Below are positions 57,596-64,000 of a stretch of 64,000 nt of DNA, piece after piece; positions within the stretch are counted from its first letter, which is position 1; each line of letters starts with the position of its first letter. Both the position numbers and the translations under genes were made by a program. Below the pieces are notes generated by a model. The model was given only the letters and a program-made list of their open reading frames with translations. It did no database searches and was not told where the DNA came from. Source of the stretch: Cyanophora paradoxa CCMP329 (lineage: Eukaryota; Plantae; Glaucophyta). The DNA is taken from positions 45,659 through 109,658 of the forward strand of contig QPMI01000271.1 in assembly GCA_004431415.1 (NCBI GenBank), written 5' to 3'.

Positions 57596-60500
57596 TCAGT
57601 CGTCCCCGTCCTCGTCGTCCTCCACCACGGCCCGGCGCCTCCTCGGCGCGCCCTGCCCCAGCCCCGCGGCGCCCGTCAGCGCGCCGGCCTCTGCCGCCCG
57701 CCCCGCCCCTGCGCACCGCCGCCTTCTCCGCGGAGGGCGAGGCGGAGAGCCGCTCGTCGGCCCCCGAGCCCTCCTCGTCGCTCTCGCCGCCCCCGCGCCG
57801 CTGCAGCCGCCGCTTCCTCCCGCCGCCTGTTTCCCGCCGCGCGGCCGCCGCCGGGGAGGCGGCCGCCGGCTCGCTGCCCTCCGCATCGGCCTCGGCCGCC
57901 GCCCCGGGCTCGCTCTCGCTCTCGGAGGACTCGAGGGGCGGGCGCGCCGCCGCATGGGGGCCCCCGCCCGCCCCCGGCCCCGCGCCGGTGCCTCCGCCTC
58001 GCTCTCGCTCGATGCCGCCTCCCGCTGGCGCCCGCGCTTCCCTCCCCGCCCGCTCGCCGCGCCGGCTTCCTCCGGCGCCGCCTTGCCGGGCGGCGCGCCC
58101 TGCGGCACGTACTCGGGCTCCTCGTCCTCCTCGTCCCCCTCGCCGCCGGCCTCCTCCTGCGGGGCCCCGTCGCGCCAGAGGGGGCGGGGGGCGGGGGGCG
58201 GGGGCCGCACCGGGGGCGGGGCGGGGCCGGCGGCCTCGTCCTCCTCGGGCGGGGGCAGGGCGTCGACGCCGAGGAGCTCGAGGAGGCGCCCGATGTCGCC
58301 CCGCGTCATCCCCGCCGGCACCTGCCACCACGCCGCACCCTCCGCTGCCGCCGGCGTCGGGAGGCGGGGGGCGGGGGGCGGGGCGGGGGGCGGGGCGGGG
58401 ACCGGCGCGGGGCGGGAGGAGGGCGGCGAGGCGCATGAGGCGGGTGACGGTGCGGGCCTCGGCGAAGGCGAACTCCTCCTCCGCCCCGCAGATCAGCGCG
58501 AAGTCGTGCCCCGCCCCCGCCCCCGCCCCGCCCCCCGACCCCCTCCGCCCGCCGCAGCTTCCCCGCCAGCCAGCGCAGCGCCCGCCGGCCCCACGCCCCC
58601 TGCGCCAGTGTCCTTGCCGCCCCCCGGATCGTCTCCTCGTTCGCCCGCAGCGTCCCCGCTGGCCCCCGCCGTCAGCTCCCGCATGCCACGCCGCGCGCCC
58701 CGGGTCACCTGGGTCGGGCCGCGCCGCAGGTGCCCGCGGCGCCGGCGCCGGCGCGGACTGGCGCTGGGAGGGGGCCGAGGCGCGGCCGGCGGCGGTGCGG
58801 CGCCTGGAGGGGGCCGAGGCGCGGCCGGCGTCGCTCTCGCTGCCGCTCTCCGAGCTGCTGCTCGAGCTGCTGCTCGAGCTGCTCCCGCTCGCCTTCTCCC
58901 GCCCCGCCGGGCCCGCCGTCTGCCGCGGGGCTCGCGCCGGGGGCAGGGCGGGCGGGGTGGGGGGGCGGGGCGCGGACGGTGGGGCGGGGCCGGGCGACGG
59001 CGGGGGCGGGCTTGGGCTTGAGGTAGGCGAGCTTGAGGGCGCGGAGCTTGTTGGCGACCTGCAGCTCGCTGCGCCCCTCGAGCAGCGCGGCGATGCACGC
59101 CAGCACGCTCTCCCCGCCCCGGTACCTGCCCCCCGTCACGCCCGCCCCCCGAGCACCCCGAGCACCCCGCGCGCCGGCGCCGCGCACTCTTCGAAGAGCT
59201 CCTTGAGACGCTCGACCTCATCCGCCGTCCAGCGGCGCGCGCGGCCCTCCTCGGCCCCCTTGGCCGCCCTCCGCCGCTTCTTGCCCTTGCCCTCCGGGGC
59301 GCCCTCGGCGTCGGGGGCTCCGGCGGGGAGCCCGCCCTCCACCCACTCCTCCTCCTCCCGCCCTTCGTCGCCCCCCGCACCGCCCGGGGCCTCCTCCTCC
59401 TCGTCGGCCCCCGCGGGGGCGTCGGGGCGGCGCTCGGCGGGGGCGGGCGGCGCCTCGGCCTCGTTCATCTCGACGATCGCCGCGTTCTCGTTCTTCGAGC
59501 GGGGGAACATGATCTGGGGAGGGGCGTGGGCGACGCAGGGGCGGGGGCGGGGGCGGCGGGGCGGGGCGTGGCGGGACCTCGCAGAAGAGGAGCTTGTTGC
59601 GGCGCGTGGCGGCCACGAGGTGCCGCACCGTCCGCCGGCAGAAGTCCGCCAGCTCCTGCGCCCCCGTCGACACCACGCAGGCGGCGGGGCCGGGGCGGGG
59701 CGGCGGGGCGGGGCGCACGGCGAAGGCGGGGTCGGCGGCGACGAGGGGGTCGCGGAGGATGCGGGCGTAGGTGCGCAGCAGGGAGAGCTGCCAGAGGGCC
59801 GGCTCGAGGGAGAGGTCGCGGGCGATGCGCGTGAACATCGCGACGAGCGCGTGGTTCACGCCGGGCCCGTTCTTCGCGTAGTTCCCCAGCAGCGCCCCGT
59901 AGTTCCGCACCAGCTGCCGAGGCGTCACGCCGGGGCGGCGCTGCGAGGCATGCGCGGGGCGGGGGGGCGGGGGGGCGGACGCGGTTGTCGGCGAAGGCGT
60001 GGAGGAGCTTGAGGAAGGTCACCTCCGCCTCGCGGTAGGCCGCGCCCTGCGCCGCCATCACGCCCCGGCGACCGCGCGCCCCGCCCCCCGCACCGACGCC
60101 GCCGCCTCCTCCTCGCCCTCCTCGTCCTCCCACACCTCGTACTCCTCGTACTCCCCGTCCCCCGCACCCTCCTCCCCCGCCCCCGCCTCTCCGCGAGCAG
60201 CCTCTCCCGTCGCAGCCTCCGCCGTCGAGGGATCGCCATCCGCCGGCCCCTCGAAGCCCTCCCCCCCGCCGGCCGCAGCGTCAGCCTCCGCATCGCCGCC
60301 CGCCTCCTTGCCGCCGGCCGCCTCCCGCGCCTCGGGGCCAGCCTCCGGGGGGCTCGCCGGCTCCTCGCGGCCCGCCGGCCCGTTCTCCTCGTCCCCGCCG
60401 GCCGCCCGAGCGCTCCTGGCGGGAGACGGGGCAGCGGCCTCGGCGGCGGCGGAGGGGGCGGCTCCTTGCGGGTCGGCCGACGCCTCCTCGTCGCTCTCGT

Positions 60501-63004
60501 CCGCCGCCGCGCGCCGCAGGCGGCCCTTCCGCCCCTGCGACGCCCCCGCCTGCCCCTCCCCTCCGCTCTGCTCCCCTCCCGCCTCCTCCTCGCCTCCGTC
60601 GGGCGCCGCCGTCTCCCCCGCCGGGGGCCCCTCGGCGTTCGCCGCAGCGGCGGCCTCGCCGTCGGGGCCGGGGGCGGCGTCGGGGGCGGCGGGGCGGCGG
60701 CGGCGGACGAGGCGGCGGCGGCGGCGGAGGGTGATGCGGCCGGTCTCGGTGGAGAGGCGGGAGATGCAGCGGATGGCGACGTGCACGGTCTCGACGAGGT
60801 CGGCGAGGTAGCGGCGCGTCTGCTTCGACGGGTCGAAGAGCTTCGGCAGCGACGCGATGAGGTCGAACTGCTCCGCCTGCGCGCCCCCGCCTCGGCAACG
60901 CGGCGGGGCGGGGCGGGGCGCGGGGGCGGGCCTCGTAAAAGAGGTTGGAGATGATGGCCTGGGCGTGCCGCTGCTGCTCCCGCACGCCCGAGCGCCAGAG
61001 CGCGTCCAGCGCGTGCACCAGCTCCTTCAGCGCCCCCACAGCCGCCCCCAGCGCCACCCACTTCTTCTCGTCGTTGTACGCCCGCACCCACCTGCACGGC
61101 ATCAGCACCCTCCCGCCTCGCCGCCGTCCCGCCGGCGCACTTCATGACGAGTTGGACGCTGGGGTAGTCAAGGGCCGTGGCGACGGGGCCGGCAGTCATC
61201 TGCGCCGCGTCGGCGGGGCCGGGGCGGCGGGGGCGGGAGGGCGGGGCGGGCCTTGGAGGGCGGGGAGGAGCGGGCGTGGAAGCCAACGAAGGTGGCGAGG
61301 AGCGTGAAGTAGCGGATCTGGCGCCCCGTCAGCCCGAGGAGCGCGGCGCCGCACGGCGGCCGCCCGGCGCGCCTTGTCCCCGTCCGTGAGGGTCGCCGAC
61401 TCGCGCTCGAGGTCCTCCTTCAGGCCGCCCTGCAGCACTGCGGCAGGGCTCGCGGCGGGGCGCGGGGCCGGGGCGGGGCGGGGCGGGGGCACCGTTGAAG
61501 GCGCCGGAGGCGAGGAAGGAGGCGGCGAAGGCGGCGAGGGCGCCCGTCGCCTGCACGTCCGAGACCACCGCCTGCGCCGCCAGCGACACCACGTCCGCCG
61601 CCCGCCCCTTCGCCCGCGGCCGCCGCGCCGCCCGCCGCCGCGCCGGTAGCGTCTTCTCCGGCCCCGACAGCGCCGTCCGCCCCAGCACATGCCGCGACCC
61701 GTCCTGGGAGCCGTCGGCCGCCGCCGGGGCGGGGCGCGGGGCGCGGGGCGGGCGGACCCAGTGCTGGATGGCGATGGTGCCACCGAAGCGGGAGTGGCGG
61801 GCGGAGGCGGAGGTCTTGCTGGCGCGAGCCCGCGCCTCCTCGATCTCCAGCATCAGCGCCAGGTCCTTGCCGCTCGGCGCCCCCGGCTGCGCCCCGCTCG
61901 AGCCGGCGGCGGGCCGCCCGGGGTGGGGCGCGCACGGGGCGAGGCCTCGGGGGGCCGGCGGCTGCTCGCCGGGGCGGGCGGGGGCGGGCGGTGCGGCGGC
62001 GGCGAGCTTCGCGCGGGCCTCGACGAGCATCTCGGGGGTGCAGTACTTGTACAGCAGGTCGAAGATCTCGAGCAGGAGGAAGCCCCACGCCCTGCGCCGT
62101 CCTCTCGGACCCCCGCCGGACGGCGCCGGGCGAGGGGCCCCCGCACCGGTAGCTCTCGCTCTCCGTGTTCTGCGCCAGCACGAGCAGCGCCTCGAGCACC
62201 TGGGTGCGGTGCATGACCTGCCGCGGGCCGTGAGCGGGGCCGTGGCCCCGCAGGCGGCGCCGCTCGCCTGCACGATCTGGTTGTGCAGCTCCGGCTCGGG
62301 CTGGTTGTCCCGCGCCGGCGAGAGCACGTTCCGGAAGAGCACGAGGAGCAGCTCCACGAAGTTGAAGTCCTCCTCCGTCCGCTCGCTGCGCCCCGCTCGG
62401 AACGCGCCCAGCGGCGCACGCGCGCGCTCGCCGCGGCGCACTTCTCGTCCTTCGCGAAAGGGACGGCCAGCAGCTCCGCGAACATCCCCAGCGCGTCGTC
62501 CTTCACGAATGCGCGCCTGTGCTCCCGTAGGATCTCCGCGAACTCCAGATCGTCCGTGACCTCCGCCGGCATCGTGAGGAAGGTCACCAGCTTGCCTGCG
62601 GACCGGGCGGCGCTCGGTTTTCAAAAAAGCGCGCCAGCATCGAGTGCGCCGCGCACATGCGTTGTACACGATCTTGTCGTCATCGTGGTAGTTCGCTATG
62701 AGGGGAATGAGGTCGTTCTGCAGGATCTTCCATCGGCCGAGCAGCTTCTTGGTCTCGTTGGTCATCGGGTTGTCCCGCCGAATGAAGTGCATGAGGTCCT
62801 GCAGGCACGCTGCGGGGCCCAAGTCGTAAGCGCACACAGCAGAAGCGCGTGCCAAGCAAATGGGAGAACCCGGGGGCGCGGCCAGCACGCTCGAACCCCC
62901 GACGCACCAACACAGTGCTCGCCCTTACGGTACTGCCTCCCCTGCTCGGTGTCGACGCCCGTGCCAATCCCTCGCCACGTCTCTAGCAGCATGTCCTCGT
63001 CCAT
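57596..63004 (-). CDS. TIMELESS: TIMELESS/Tof1/Swi1-family protein (many exons)
   Basis: YRKGEHCV|ACLQDLMHFIRRD...LGRWKILQNDLIP, KLVTFLTMP, LLVLFRNVL, LLLEIF, SARHSRFGG, LLGNYAKN...VNH...MFTRIA...LWQLSL and Myb-like RRWTADE. Confidence 0.92.
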
Positions 63005-63188
63005 GGCGCCCGGCTCCTTCGCGCGCCGAAGCTGGCGCCTCTCTTTCAAATTGGAGGGAGGAACTTCAAGACGGGTATGCAGGCGAGAGGGGGGAAAGAG
63101 TTAGCCCTTGAATCCCAACATCAAATTGCTAACTGATTCCCCCCCCAATACCGGGGGTACAGCTCGGGAGGGGGTACACAGAGCAAAA

Positions 63189-64000
<812 letters not shown>

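Noticed and set aside
22807-63004. PARP1 and TIMELESS (interacting proteins in mammals) in the same window
   Set aside because: They are 30 kb apart with many unrelated genes between them; no evidence of a cluster.

Overview
A gene-dense, very GC-rich eukaryotic nuclear segment with many short (~50-100 bp) spliceosomal introns, so the six-frame ORF track captures only exon fragments and CDS coordinates below are hand-spliced gene spans. Plastid-type proteins start with a Phe/Tyr motif (MFV.., MCAF.., MAYI..) and no signal peptide, and flagellar/centriolar genes are present. Together these point to a flagellated primary-plastid alga, most plausibly a glaucophyte (inference). The first ~2.8 kb holds three non-autonomous DNA transposons, each with terminal inverted repeats (TIRs) and a target-site duplication (TSD): a CACTG/CACTA-type element, a TA-targeting MITE nested inside it, and an adjacent hAT-type element. 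About 25 genes follow: ALKBH1, Era, site-2 protease, METTL6-like, RSP7-like, PGLP, CGL160-like, PARP1, PPR, DNAJC17, CPP1, CEP57-like, PEX12, CCDC15-like, CEP85-like, TIMELESS, RPS14 (truncated by the window end) and several orphans. Three observations stand out. (1) A bHLH-leucine zipper-LOV-LOV gene (51025-54165) is a candidate blue-light-switched E-box transcription factor; its second LOV domain lacks the photoactive Cys and Gln. (2) A 148-bp AT-rich intron in the PPR gene is mostly a decayed rpoC/rpoC1 fragment, apparently plastid or bacterial DNA turned into a spliceosomal intron. (3) GC-AG introns are frequent, and gene bodies show a ~200-bp G-rich/C-rich oscillation that appears to drive synonymous codon choice.
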